Source: an uncultured archaeon (lineage in GTDB: Archaea; Asgardarchaeota; Lokiarchaeia; Sigyniarchaeales; SOKP01). Taken from it: a stretch of 45,740 bases of DNA. The DNA is taken from positions 1 through 45,740 of the forward strand of contig CAYLZE010000034.1 in NCBI GenBank assembly GCA_964388035.1, in the 5' to 3' direction. The notes beneath the pieces are model-generated. The model did not search any database and was not told where the DNA came from. It saw nothing but the letters and a program-made list of their open reading frames with translations. This document shows positions 28,470 to 39,038 of this stretch, piece by piece; the first letter of the stretch is position 1; every line of letters starts with the position of its first letter. The position numbers and the translations under genes were made by a program.

Positions 28470-29480
28470 ATGGGAAGAAATAGGTGCTTTGTCTTGTTAT
28501 CAAGAAAAAATAAAAGACTTCTAGTAATAATGGCTGATTTACTATTTAGTGCTTTTATCTGGTATCTCAATTGGTCTTGGGGAAATTTCTTCATGACATG
28601 TCTAATTTTATCCCTCACCACGTTTTTAATTATATATACTCCCTTCGAGATTTACTGGAGTATTAGAGATCTCTGGTTTGATAGATGGGAAATGAAGAAG
28701 GTAAAGGGGTTAGAATCTTCAAGAATCGAGATCCCTGTGAATAAGGGTCACTTAATTGGTGAAATAATAAAAAGCAAAGATCTTATCAAAAGAAAGTCTA
28801 AGAACACCATCATTGTCATAAATCATGGGTTTTCAGATACGAAAGAAAAGCTTCGATATCTTTCTTATCCTTTAGCTTTACATGGACATGTCATATTAAC
28901 TTATGATGCGAGAGGAATTGGTGAATCTAGCAAAACAGGAAAGCGGACTCAATTTTTAGAAAGAATACAAGATTTCGAGCATATCCTCAATTGGATCCAA
29001 AACAATCAAGAGCTAAAAAATTTAACTATTTATTGTATTGGAGCCAGCATTGGAACAGTTCCAACCTTAATCACGGCATTTCCAAATGAAACTATTAAAA
29101 AAATTGTAGTGATTTCAGCCATTTCGAATTTTAGAGAAATTATTGAACAATTTAATTTTATTGTTAAACTAAATTATTTTCTTCAAGGTGTGAATTTGAA
29201 TCCCTCTAAAAAGTTAAATCAAGATATATCCCCCAATCTTGTTTTAAAAGCTTGTAAAAAAGAAATAAACCCTACAACATGGAAATCATTAGCAAAAAGG
29301 ACCTTCATAATTCATGCAAAAGATGATCGAATTATAAAATTTCCTAACTTTAAGGAAAACGTAGATGTAATGGAAATCCCTGAGTCAAACCAATTAGTTT
29401 TAGAAACGGGTGGGCATACTCAAAAAAGAAATGAATTAATCATTATGGCGGCTATATTAAGATTTTTCAATGCGAACTAA
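28470..29480 (+). CDS. Membrane-anchored alpha/beta hydrolase (serine aminopeptidase S33/Hydrolase_4-like)
   Basis: HGFSD, YDARGIGES, GASIG nucleophile elbow, HAKDD and GGH. Hydrophobic N-terminus; the true start may be ATG 28530. Confidence 0.85.
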   Translation: MGRNRCFVLLSRKNKRLLVIMADLLFSAFIWYLNWSWGNFFMTCLILSLTTFLIIYTPFEIYWSIRDLWFDRWEMKKVKGLESSRIEIPVNKGHLIGEIIKSKDLIKRKSKNTIIVINHGFSDTKEKLRYLSYPLALHGHVILTYDARGIGESSKTGKRTQFLERIQDFEHILNWIQNNQELKNLTIYCIGASIGTVPTLITAFPNETIKKIVVISAISNFREIIEQFNFIVKLNYFLQGVNLNPSKKLNQDISPNLVLKACKKEINPTTWKSLAKRTFIIHAKDDRIIKFPNFKENVDVMEIPESNQLVLETGGHTQKRNELIIMAAILRFFNAN

Positions 29481-29565
29481 TTCAATTTTCCTCAAGCTGG
29501 GGATAGATCTCAGTATGACATAAAGAATAATATTAGGTGTTTTTTTATTTTTTTGGTCATGATAA

Positions 29566-30729
29566 TCACCTTATATGGAGCAACGCAACTTGCTGAATAA
29601 CCTCACGCGCCAGTTCGACCCCTTGATTCAATTTGACTAATTTTTCTGAGAAATAATGTGGAACGTTAGTTGATTGTTCGATTTCACTGAATAAATTAAA
29701 AAATTGTTTTTCTGACTCTAATTCTATCGCAAAAAGGTTCTTTCGTGAGCTATTATCATTCATCTTAATAAAACAGCCATGATCTTCAGAATCATGATCA
29801 AAAGTAAAAAATGGAGTATTCCATAATTTAGCACGTAATCTATGGTAAACATTATTGGCTACATTAATGCAGAAATCTTTACTCGTCTTGCTATAACGGA
29901 AGAAGAAGTTTAATTTACCTTCATTTTCCTTCAGACAAATTCTTAACCTATTTTTAATTTGTTCAATCTCTTCCTCGGATAGATTCATGTATTTCTGGTT
30001 TGTCTCATTTTGAGATCGAGAAATAAAAAGGGTTTCTAGTTCGAAAGGAAGGCTATAAAAAACTATTATATTCTTTATAATTTCTTCCTTTAACCAATGA
30101 TCGATTACATAATCAATAGATAAATTAGAGCACAAATCAATTGGAAATCTCGTGAGCAAAGACGTTTCATGAAAATCAATGAAAAATATATGAAGTTGAC
30201 TATCATCCCAATAAGGCTTTAAGATTTCTTTAAAAAGAGTGACATGGGATGGAAGGGGAAATTGAGCATTATCGCTAGAATTTCCTTTAAAATCAAGAAT
30301 AAATGCACGCCGCCAATATCTATTTAAGTTTGTTCCATTTTGAAGATAATATCCGGATTTGTTATCCTCTCTTGGATATAAAAACCCATGGGGATTCATT
30401 AATGGAAAAAACAATAAATCCTGCTTTTTTAGTAATCCCTCTCGAATCTGGTAATCGTTGGTACAAATACTTCTTAAAAATTCTAAAATCCCAAATAAAC
30501 CATTGTACTCGTTATGTTGGGCTCCAATAAATACTTTTAATGAGAGGATGTTCTCTTTTTGGGAAGTATCACTCATCTTTATCAAGGGAATTTTTCCCTC
30601 GGGAGTGATTAAATCCCGATAAAGGAGATATTTAGATTTACATAATTCACGGAACTCCTGTAAAATATTCTCATGGAGGAGTTTTCTTTCATTGGGATTC
30701 AATAATTGTTGTAAAGTTAAGAGATCCAC
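29566..30729 (-). CDS. M14-family zinc carboxypeptidase/deacylase-like protein
   Basis: GAQHNE, PLMNPHG, NLNRYW, IDFHE and FAIELE. Likely GTG start at 30729 overlapping the upstream TAG (TAGTG) after a GGAGG Shine-Dalgarno. Confidence 0.72.
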   Translation of the reverse strand: MDLLTLQQLLNPNERKLLHENILQEFRELCKSKYLLYRDLITPEGKIPLIKMSDTSQKENILSLKVFIGAQHNEYNGLFGILEFLRSICTNDYQIREGLLKKQDLLFFPLMNPHGFLYPREDNKSGYYLQNGTNLNRYWRRAFILDFKGNSSDNAQFPLPSHVTLFKEILKPYWDDSQLHIFFIDFHETSLLTRFPIDLCSNLSIDYVIDHWLKEEIIKNIIVFYSLPFELETLFISRSQNETNQKYMNLSEEEIEQIKNRLRICLKENEGKLNFFFRYSKTSKDFCINVANNVYHRLRAKLWNTPFFTFDHDSEDHGCFIKMNDNSSRKNLFAIELESEKQFFNLFSEIEQSTNVPHYFSEKLVKLNQGVELAREVIQQVALLHIR

Positions 30730-32204
30730 TATTCCTCCCCGATAACTGTTTCCCAATTCGCAAAATTTAGGATTTTTTCATAATTCTTCGCCATAGTTGC
30801 AAATAAAGCGCACCCTATTGCAAAACAATTGATAAAATCTTCTTTGGTCAAGTTTAGAAGCTTACTGTTCTCTCTTGATATTCCCAATCCTCGTTCCACC
30901 TCGATTTGAGCTTCATTATACCCCGATAAATTTACTACAAATTCTTGTTTATTTAGAGTTCCTTCATAAGCTCCTCTTGCAATCCTAGCCAACCCTCCAA
31001 TTGGGATGACTTGCTTATCTTTTTGAGCTAGATATAATCTCAAATCAAAAGTATGTTTGGCATTTTTCCAATCAATTAGAGAAAACTTAGCCATTTCCTG
31101 AATAGTGTAGGGAAATGGAGTACGATTTTTCATGAATTTCTGATAAAATTCTGCTTTACTTTGCTCAATTAAATCGTGAATACTTTTCTTATCCAAAGAT
31201 CCTACATGCCTTCCCAAGGGGATTACACCAGCTCCTCCCGATCCCCCATTGGGCTTAATAATGAAGGGTCTTTTATATTTTTTAATCACCTCTCTTATTT
31301 TCTCTATCAGATCTTCCTGATTCCATGCTTTTGTAAATAAGAGGTATTTTAGTTTAAAGTTTTCAAGAATATCTTTGGCCAAATAACTAGCTAAATAGGT
31401 CAAAGATTTATCATCTGTTATCCTAAAAATGGGATTAATAATTAGGGATTGGATTTTCCGGAAATCAGTTCTTATAAGGGTCGAAAACAGGTCGTCTTGA
31501 AGGCGACGAGCGATCCCATCCCCAATTAATACGCTAACCTTACTTTTATTGACACGAACCCAATTATTTGTAAAGGATAAGCAATTTGCTAACTGTTTGT
31601 AATCAGCAATTAACAATGCAACATCATCAGGGAAATTTTCATCAAAATTATCAATATCATAAATTCCTACCAATTTTTCAAGATTTACGAGCTTGTTCCG
31701 AATGTAATCAAGCATGATGATTTTTTCATGGATCAAGCCGTCTTCGATGGGAATACCCACTAAAACCAATACCTTATTATCTCCTCTTCTATTTAACCTA
31801 ATCGCTTGAGAAATCGCTTCAAAATAGCCATCAAACATCAAAGCTTGTTGTTTCGCAGTTAAAATAGAAAGTCCTCGATTCGAGCCCCCATTCGTTTCTA
31901 ATAAAAAATATTTCTTCTCATTCGATTCATCACAAACCATGAAGTCTATGCTTCCTGCATAAAATACATCATTTTGGGGTAGTATATTTTGATGATTCAG
32001 TTTTTTAATGCACTCCTCACGAATTTCATCCATGAAATCATCTTCTTGGGATGACTTCAATTTCTCATAACCAACTAAATCAAGGTTCAAGAATCGTCCT
32101 AACTGAATTAAATTCAAATCTGTCTCGGAGAGATCCTCATTCTCCAACAACTCTATTACTTTGGATATTCGATCAATGTTCATTATTACATAATTTGATG
32201 TCAA
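30729..32204 (-). CDS. Circularly permuted ATP-grasp peptide/amide ligase (YheC/D/TTL-like motifs)
   Basis: IIKPNGGSGGAGV, TIQE, FDLRLYL, ARIA and VVNLSG. The normally C-terminal D...ExN motif (SIDFMV...FLLETNGG) lies near the N-terminus. Confidence 0.75.
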   Translation of the reverse strand: MTSNYVIMNIDRISKVIELLENEDLSETDLNLIQLGRFLNLDLVGYEKLKSSQEDDFMDEIREECIKKLNHQNILPQNDVFYAGSIDFMVCDESNEKKYFLLETNGGSNRGLSILTAKQQALMFDGYFEAISQAIRLNRRGDNKVLVLVGIPIEDGLIHEKIIMLDYIRNKLVNLEKLVGIYDIDNFDENFPDDVALLIADYKQLANCLSFTNNWVRVNKSKVSVLIGDGIARRLQDDLFSTLIRTDFRKIQSLIINPIFRITDDKSLTYLASYLAKDILENFKLKYLLFTKAWNQEDLIEKIREVIKKYKRPFIIKPNGGSGGAGVIPLGRHVGSLDKKSIHDLIEQSKAEFYQKFMKNRTPFPYTIQEMAKFSLIDWKNAKHTFDLRLYLAQKDKQVIPIGGLARIARGAYEGTLNKQEFVVNLSGYNEAQIEVERGLGISRENSKLLNLTKEDFINCFAIGCALFATMAKNYEKILNFANWETVIGEE

Positions 32205-32296
32205 TAAGGGATAAATTATTATGGATAAAGAATAATAATGGAGAATCCATTTTTACTGATTCAAAAAAAGAAAGAGGAAATAGAAAGGGAATTTCA

Positions 32297-33544
32297 TTAT
32301 AGATACAAGTATCCTTGATGATTTCCTTTGGTGCTAAGACGCAGAGAACCGATAAGAATTTTTTTAATTTTAGTTTGCTGTTTGTAAGTTAAATCGCTAA
32401 ACAATAAGATATAGGACTTCTCTTCTTCCATATTGATATTAAACAATAATGCAATATTAATTAATTCGGAGTTTTCTGTTAATAATGCTGTAATGACATA
32501 ATGATAAGGTAATTTTACCAATTCTCCCCGATTTAGTTCGACTTCAACTATTTGATCACTTTCCTTATCATAATCCCTTTTAATGAATTTGACATTATCT
32601 AAAGGTATCGTGATTTTTCGAAAAGAATCAAAATGCTTTGAGAATAATGATTGTCTTAAAAATCGTCTTTCTTCCTTACTTTTTTCAAAATAGTATTTAT
32701 TCATTTCCTTAATTTGGTAGATTTTTCTTGTCTTTTTTTGATGGGCTAATTCTAAGATCTTTACAAGTTCTTCTACAGTCTCATCATAAAATACGATTAA
32801 CACATCAGGATCTACAGTTTTTATAAAGAAGCTCTTATATAAGATCCCATTTTCTGTTTTTATCCATCCATCAGTATCGATCAGTATGAAATCTGCATTT
32901 TCATGACGTCCTTTATATTTATCAATAAGATTTTTACTTTCTTTGGGTAATATAAATTTAAAATTCCCTTTTGGAAACGTGGCTCCAATAAAAATGGTTT
33001 CTTCCGATCTAATCCGCTCATTCGTCATTATTGGGGCTTCTATATTTCCTATATTAATCGTAGTAGGAATATAAATTATTTGTTGCCCAAGATCGGAATC
33101 TAAATACCCTCCCTTGAGATTCTCTCTAAGAAAATTATTGGCAAGGTATTTAATTAACGTCGTTTTACCACTACTTATACCCAAAACCATTATCTTTATT
33201 GGTTTTTTCTCACTTTTCTTAATTAAATCTATTAATTCGTCCTTAATGTTAATCCATTCATCGCTTATCGTATTTTCTTCAATGTTTATAACATTTTCAG
33301 CGACATTTGAAGAATAGATCTCGACTTTGCTGTGTTCCACACCATACATCGGGTATGAAGTCCCGCTAGGAATAATCAATATTCCTTCTTCTTCTTGAAA
33401 ATTGGCCGCTTCTTCCTCCTTGGAACCTATCTGAGAGAAAGGGGTGATTAATTTGCCAAAAATTTCCAGCTTGCCTTCTAGTAAAGTTATCCTGGTAGGA
33501 CCTTTTACCAATAAGGTATTACCTTTTTCAATTTCTCTTATCAT
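32297..33544 (-). CDS. clp1: Clp1/Nol9/Grc3-family polynucleotide 5'-hydroxyl kinase
   Basis: N-terminal LLVKGPTRITLLEGKLEIFG, Walker A SSGKTT, DSDLGQ, IDTDGW and lid RRFLR. Confidence 0.88.
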   Translation of the reverse strand: MIREIEKGNTLLVKGPTRITLLEGKLEIFGKLITPFSQIGSKEEEAANFQEEEGILIIPSGTSYPMYGVEHSKVEIYSSNVAENVINIEENTISDEWINIKDELIDLIKKSEKKPIKIMVLGISSGKTTLIKYLANNFLRENLKGGYLDSDLGQQIIYIPTTINIGNIEAPIMTNERIRSEETIFIGATFPKGNFKFILPKESKNLIDKYKGRHENADFILIDTDGWIKTENGILYKSFFIKTVDPDVLIVFYDETVEELVKILELAHQKKTRKIYQIKEMNKYYFEKSKEERRFLRQSLFSKHFDSFRKITIPLDNVKFIKRDYDKESDQIVEVELNRGELVKLPYHYVITALLTENSELINIALLFNINMEEEKSYILLFSDLTYKQQTKIKKILIGSLRLSTKGNHQGYLYL

Positions 33545-33613
33545 GACTCATCTTATTGAATTTTATTCCAAAATTAATGTTAATAGGTTTAGTATTTTCA
33601 TATGTCAGGTTAG

Positions 33614-34060
33614 TCAGATCTTTAATTCATATAATCTTGCAATCTCTTGAAATCCTAACTTTTTAAAAATAATTCTTGCTGATTCATTCAAATTAGAATC
33701 AATTACTAACCTGATAGATTGCACGTGGTTTGATTTGAAATGATCTATCATGAATCTCAGGATTTTTTCACCTATTCCCGTTCTACGTTTTTCTTCCTTG
33801 ACAATTAGGTCCGAGATGTAGCCAAAAGGGACACCATTGTCCGTTGTACTTTTTATGCAACAATGTCCCATTCCAATGATCTGAGATTCATTATCATCAA
33901 ATGCTACAATTACTTCCGAATTAGCATCTTCCTTCATGCTTTTCTCCAGACTTGTCCTCCAAGCGTTTTCATCAAATACTTGTCCTTTCAACTTGCATAA
34001 ATTTCTCATTAATATTGTTATTTCTTCAATATCGCTTTCAAAAAATTCACGTATCAGCAT
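33614..34060 (-). CDS. GNAT-family N-acetyltransferase
   Basis: GYISDLIVKEEKRRTGIG (motif A) and FKKLGF. Confidence 0.88.
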   Translation of the reverse strand: MLIREFFESDIEEITILMRNLCKLKGQVFDENAWRTSLEKSMKEDANSEVIVAFDDNESQIIGMGHCCIKSTTDNGVPFGYISDLIVKEEKRRTGIGEKILRFMIDHFKSNHVQSIRLVIDSNLNESARIIFKKLGFQEIARLYELKI

Positions 34061-34199
34061 TCTAAGGTGTAATCATAGCAACATTTTTTTTTTGAAAAAT
34101 AGGGTGATTGTAATATTATAAAAACATTGATGATATTAAATTTTTTTGATAAAAAGTTATTAAAAGTTGATAAATGAGCATGATGAGCTCTCGTTTAGA

Positions 34200-35141
34200 T
34201 TAAATAGGTTCAAAGGCATCCATTTGCTGCAAAAACTTTAAGAGCTTTATATATCTCTCATCCCTTTTTCTTAGGATCTCTTCTTCCGTGCGAACTCCAT
34301 AATCATAAAGCCCTTTTGAACTTTTAGCTCCTAAATGTCCCGCATCTAATTTCTCCTTTATGAAGCCGAGTTCTGTTCCTTGATTTTTTGCGATATCATA
34401 CACGAGATCCAATCCCGTGAAATCCAATGTTTGTGCCACTCCAACTATTGGAAGCCTCACTCCCAAACTATGCTTAATAGCGTTATCAATATCGGCAGGG
34501 GTTGCTATTTTCATTAAGATTAATTGGAACACGATAGTACTTATCGCATTTTGAATTTTATTGACGATAAAGTAATCCGTAAATTTGCGCAATACCACGG
34601 GCGTTTTTCCTAAATGTTTTAATAAATTCACCGAAAACTGTATGACATCATCGGAAGTCTTTCGACTGGGAACAACCTCCACTAATGGTATGATGTGAGG
34701 TGGTGCAAACCAATGGTGGATTATAAATCTTTGGGGATTTTTTATTCTTGCAAGTTTAAAGACATTTAGACCTGAAGTATTACTGACAATGATTGTATCT
34801 TCGCGGCAATATTCATTTAACTCGGAGTATATAGCTTGCTTTATCTCTTCTCTTTCAAATACAACTTCAATAATTAACTCTGATTTCTCTGCTGCACTCT
34901 TAAGATCTGTCGTGGGATGGATAAAATCCAAAATCTCTGAGATTTCCCATTTTCCCGTCATGTTAAATTTTTTTAAAGTTTGCAAGTTAGCTTGAATTTT
35001 ATTTATTGCATTGTCTAATGTTTTTTGATTTAAATCCACCAAGCTAACTTGATATCCCGACTGAGCATAAACTTGTGCAATGGAATGGCCCATTGTTCCC
35101 GCTCCAACCACTGCTACCTTCTTTAGATCTTTCAGATTCAC
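34200..35141 (-). CDS. 3-hydroxyacyl-CoA dehydrogenase family protein
   Basis: VGAGTMG, EVVFE, SNTSG, HWFAPPHIIPLVEV, FIVNKIQ and DFTGLD. Confidence 0.92.
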   Translation of the reverse strand: MNLKDLKKVAVVGAGTMGHSIAQVYAQSGYQVSLVDLNQKTLDNAINKIQANLQTLKKFNMTGKWEISEILDFIHPTTDLKSAAEKSELIIEVVFEREEIKQAIYSELNEYCREDTIIVSNTSGLNVFKLARIKNPQRFIIHHWFAPPHIIPLVEVVPSRKTSDDVIQFSVNLLKHLGKTPVVLRKFTDYFIVNKIQNAISTIVFQLILMKIATPADIDNAIKHSLGVRLPIVGVAQTLDFTGLDLVYDIAKNQGTELGFIKEKLDAGHLGAKSSKGLYDYGVRTEEEILRKRDERYIKLLKFLQQMDAFEPI

Positions 35142-35263
35142 GATTATTCAAATCATTTTATTATGTTACTTGATCAATACATATTAAGAACTTTAAAGTT
35201 ATTTAAAATAATTAATTAAGATAGAACTAAAGAGAGGATTTCTTATAATAAGCTTCTTCAATT

Positions 35264-36037
35264 TTATTTCATTTTCTGGGAGAAGGTTTTTAGAAATTCA
35301 TTTATATTCTTGACTATTAAGTCTTGATCGGGACTCTCTAGTATGGGATGGTCATTATTCTCCAGCCAGATTTTTTTCCTATATTGAGAGCCAATCTTGT
35401 TATAAATGAAATCCATGCTATTTTTATCAATGACAGAATCTTGTCGTCCTTGCATCAATAACACGGGTACTGTAATGCCTGGTAAAGCTTTTTTCATTTC
35501 TTTTTTTAACTTCTTCAGCTTCCCAACAATATTAATCGGGATTTTCTCGTACCCCACCCATTTTCCCCCGCTTTCTTTTTTTAATTTCTCAAATTCTACG
35601 GAATGATATTTTATGAATAAATTTAAAATGGGAGCAAAATAAGTTATAATTTTGCTTCCAAAATCGATGGGTGTGCTTATCAGAAAAATCCCGTCCAATT
35701 CTTTTTCTCTAGCAGTGATTAAGGTTAATAAACCTCCCATGGAATGTCCTCCCATGAATAGTTTATCACATTTCTGCTTTAATCGAGCATACTCTTGTTC
35801 AATTTTATTTTTCCATTCTGCAACAGTCGTCGTTCTTAATATTTCGGGACTGGTTCCATATCCGGGTAATAATGGAACACTCATGGTATATCCTCCCAGT
35901 TTATGCAAAGCCTCTGCTAATGGTTTTAAATCAGCACAAGTACCTCCTCCCCCACCATGAATCATTAAGATCCCAATATTATTTCCCTCAAAAAAAAATG
36001 GCCCCGCACCAGGAAGGATAGATTCTGATTTACTCAT
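35264..36037 (-). CDS. Carboxylesterase/monoacylglycerol lipase (Est30/YvaK-like alpha/beta hydrolase)
   Basis: PFFFEG..IGILMIHG, LPGYGT, GHSMGG, QGRQD and catalytic His (NDHP). Confidence 0.88.
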   Translation of the reverse strand: MSKSESILPGAGPFFFEGNNIGILMIHGGGGGTCADLKPLAEALHKLGGYTMSVPLLPGYGTSPEILRTTTVAEWKNKIEQEYARLKQKCDKLFMGGHSMGGLLTLITAREKELDGIFLISTPIDFGSKIITYFAPILNLFIKYHSVEFEKLKKESGGKWVGYEKIPINIVGKLKKLKKEMKKALPGITVPVLLMQGRQDSVIDKNSMDFIYNKIGSQYRKKIWLENNDHPILESPDQDLIVKNINEFLKTFSQKMK

Positions 36038-36041
36038 GATA

Positions 36042-36572
36042 TTACTCCTTTTTTAATTGTTCATAACAGGGAATGCATAGCTTCTTATTCTTATAATTAA
36101 TGATTCGAGTACTCATTGTTGGCTCTCCACAATTTTCGCAGATAATGGATTCTCTGATTTGTGCTCTTTCTGGGGGCTTAAATTCCACGGGTTTGATTTC
36201 AAATACGTCTTCTGGATTTGAATTTAACAATTGTTGTATGCGTTCTTCCCGTGATAACTCACGATCTCCAAAACTCCTCGGCTTTGCAGAAAGTTTTACA
36301 GCTTTCTTTCGATCCCGATTGAAAATGGTATAATTATTTTTTCCATAATCCTTAAAGATCAAATTTCCCTTACCAAAAGTTGTCCCTAGAAGCGATTGTA
36401 GGGCGTCCACGGAACAGTTATCATTTTCTACGACTGCTACAAGCTCTTCATCTATAGAAAATTCATTATCATGATCTAAAATATACTTCGCAACCAAGAC
36501 TCCCGTGGCCACACCAGGGCAACTGTGTCCATGGAATTTCACTGCTTTTTCCATCAATTGTTTTGTTTCCAT
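36042..36572 (-). CDS. fmdE: FmdE-family protein with C-terminal zinc finger
   Basis: FHGHSCPG, ENDNCSVDALQ, TFGKGNL and CENCGE...CIPC. Confidence 0.9.
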   Translation of the reverse strand: METKQLMEKAVKFHGHSCPGVATGVLVAKYILDHDNEFSIDEELVAVVENDNCSVDALQSLLGTTFGKGNLIFKDYGKNNYTIFNRDRKKAVKLSAKPRSFGDRELSREERIQQLLNSNPEDVFEIKPVEFKPPERAQIRESIICENCGEPTMSTRIINYKNKKLCIPCYEQLKKE

Positions 36573-36661
36573 TTAATTATTCTCCCTTTCATTTTTATTC
36601 AATGTAAGGAATCCAAAGAATTTATATTATCGTTTTAAGATTTTTAATATGAGAATCATCT

Positions 36662-37156
36662 ATGAAATTTTTAGTAGATGCAATGCTTGGAAGGCTTACT
36701 CGGTTTTTGAGAATTTTTGGATACGATACCGTGTATGCCAATGATGTGGAGAAACAATTGGGAATTGAATCTATTTCAGATACAAAGCTATTTGAATATG
36801 CATTAAAAGAAGGGAGACTTATAATCACCAGAGACTATCCCTTTTATAAAAAAGCGGGAAATAATTCCATTTATCTTAAGGGTGAGGGAATTTATAATTA
36901 CTTGAGCCAATTAAAAAAGAAATTACGCTTAGAATATGTGTTTTCAATGGATAAAGCCAGATGTTCTGTTTGTAATTCTCCATTACTAAAAGTAGAAGAT
37001 AAGGAGCAAATTAGAGATCAAGTAGAAGAATCCACGTTTCAATATCAAGATGAATTTTTTCAGTGTAAAAATCCTACTTGTCAAAAATTATTTTGGAATG
37101 GAAAACACATACAAAAGATACTTCAAGGATTAAAAGATGCAGGCTTGAGTTCTTAA
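36662..37156 (+). CDS. Mut7-C (PIN-like) RNase domain protein with zinc ribbon
   Basis: FLVDAMLGRLTRFLRIFGYDT, ITRD, RCSVCN and C...CQKLFWNGKH. Confidence 0.9.
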   Translation: MKFLVDAMLGRLTRFLRIFGYDTVYANDVEKQLGIESISDTKLFEYALKEGRLIITRDYPFYKKAGNNSIYLKGEGIYNYLSQLKKKLRLEYVFSMDKARCSVCNSPLLKVEDKEQIRDQVEESTFQYQDEFFQCKNPTCQKLFWNGKHIQKILQGLKDAGLSS

Positions 37157-37300
37157 TATGGGAATTCTGCGCGAGAATTACACGATTTTAATTCAAATTA
37201 TTTTCTTTAGATAATTATGAAAGATAACTTTAAAGTAATTATGATAAATAACAATGATCAGAGATAATTAAAAAGAGAAGATTAGATTGAAATTAAAGCA

Positions 37301-37525
37301 TCATTCCTTTTTCTTGAAATAATTTTCTTTTATCTCATTAAATCTATTTTTAGTTGTTTCCGCTTCTTCTTTAGCTCCTGCTTTCACGTACATGCCATAA
37401 GCTTGATTTAGTAACTCTAACGCTTTTTTATATTCTTTATTTTTAAAATGATTTTGGGATAATTCTGCTAAATTGTCTCCTTTTTTTTTATAAAATGCTA
37501 AAAATTGATCTGAAGTGTCTGTCAT
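37301..37525 (-). CDS. Small helical TPR-like protein
   Basis: FKNKEYKKALELLNQAYGMYVKAG resembles one TPR helix pair. Confidence 0.6.
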   Translation of the reverse strand: MTDTSDQFLAFYKKKGDNLAELSQNHFKNKEYKKALELLNQAYGMYVKAGAKEEAETTKNRFNEIKENYFKKKE

Positions 37526-37607
37526 TTTTTTTAAGCTACCATTTCATGTATTATATTATTCATTTAATGAATCTAGATTATTTTAAAGTTAATTACTTTC
37601 TCTTTGA

Positions 37608-39032
37608 TCAATAATGATCCGCTTTGTTTCTATATTCTGACATGTCTACAATCTTATGATTTAAACGAGATTGTTCGGCAGCAAATGCCATCAGATGGCT
37701 TTCTAAAGACTCACGGGCATTAGTTAGGGGCTGCTTGCTATCATTATTTTGGAGAGTTCGAAGGAATTCATCAATTAAAGCATAATCTCCTCCACCATGA
37801 CTACTTTCTTCCATGGTGAGCGATGCTTTGTATATTATTTTTTTGTCTCCAGTTAAATGATCATATAATTTTATCTTTTCACCTGAAGTAAAGAAATTCC
37901 CAATCAATGTGCCTCGTGTTCCATCAATTCGAAGGGTTCTTCCCTCCCTTTCACTAAAACCGTGAAATATTAGATTTGCTGTGACTCCATTTTCAAAAAG
38001 AATATCAACGGTTTGGTGATCGGGAACATTATTATCACAATAATAGACGCATCTTCCATAAGGACTTTTTTGAAGTATCCTTAGTTTTGCCTCATCGGAA
38101 TAATCCTCAGGGTCATTAACATATAAATGATCTACAGGCCAATGTCTCCAATAGCGCAGTTCTTTTAAGGATTTAATTCCAAATGATAGGATTTCTAACA
38201 TTTTCGGATGCTTTTTTCGAAGAAAAGCTAAGAATTGGTAACCTCGCTTTCCACTTTTCCTCATTATCTGAATAATAGGTTCAATATCCACATAAATTCT
38301 TTGAGCATTATAAATACAATCTTTTTCACGAGGACATCCTTCCACGCAATAATTTGGTGCCCCGATGGGAGCATTTTCTTTTGTAAAATGTGATAGTTCT
38401 CCAAAAGAACTTATCTTTCTTGGTAATGAACCAATCATCCAATAAAGTAGGTCTAAATCGTGGCAACACTTAGCCAATATAATTGGAGACGATTGTTCCT
38501 TATTTCTCCAGTTTCCTCGCACGAATGAATGCGCCATGTGATACCATGCGACATTTTCACGCTGGGTTATATTGATCACTTTCCCCAATTTGCCGCTTAA
38601 AATTACTTCATGGATGGTTTTAAAAAAATTAGTATATCTCAAGACATGGGCTACCATTAATCGCTTTTTGGTTTGCTCCACTTTTTTCAAAATATCCACG
38701 CACCCCTTTAAATCATGTGCTATGGGTTTTTCAAGTAGCACATCATATCCCAATTCAAGAGCTCTTAAGGTGGGTGCTACATGCAATCTATCAGTGGTAC
38801 AAATAAAAGCGGCATCTGCCATCCTATCATTTGTTAAAAGCTGTTCTCCGGTTTCAAAGCAATTTGAAGGAGAGATATGATGGAGCGCTGCAAACTTCCT
38901 CCTTCTGCTCTCAATGGGTTCTGCTATTGCTACAAATTTAAGCTTGGAGGGATGTTTTAAGGCATAATTTCCATATACCACCATCCCCCGATTGCCCGCT
39001 CCTAACAATACCGCTGTTCTTGGATTCTCCAA
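37608..39032 (-). CDS. Gfo/Idh/MocA-family oxidoreductase
   Basis: LGAGNRG, LLEKPI, HVLRY, HSFVRGNW, KCCHDLD and HGGGD. Confidence 0.92.
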   Translation of the reverse strand: MENPRTAVLLGAGNRGMVVYGNYALKHPSKLKFVAIAEPIESRRRKFAALHHISPSNCFETGEQLLTNDRMADAAFICTTDRLHVAPTLRALELGYDVLLEKPIAHDLKGCVDILKKVEQTKKRLMVAHVLRYTNFFKTIHEVILSGKLGKVINITQRENVAWYHMAHSFVRGNWRNKEQSSPIILAKCCHDLDLLYWMIGSLPRKISSFGELSHFTKENAPIGAPNYCVEGCPREKDCIYNAQRIYVDIEPIIQIMRKSGKRGYQFLAFLRKKHPKMLEILSFGIKSLKELRYWRHWPVDHLYVNDPEDYSDEAKLRILQKSPYGRCVYYCDNNVPDHQTVDILFENGVTANLIFHGFSEREGRTLRIDGTRGTLIGNFFTSGEKIKLYDHLTGDKKIIYKASLTMEESSHGGGDYALIDEFLRTLQNNDSKQPLTNARESLESHLMAFAAEQSRLNHKIVDMSEYRNKADHY

Positions 39033-39038
39033 CTTGAA

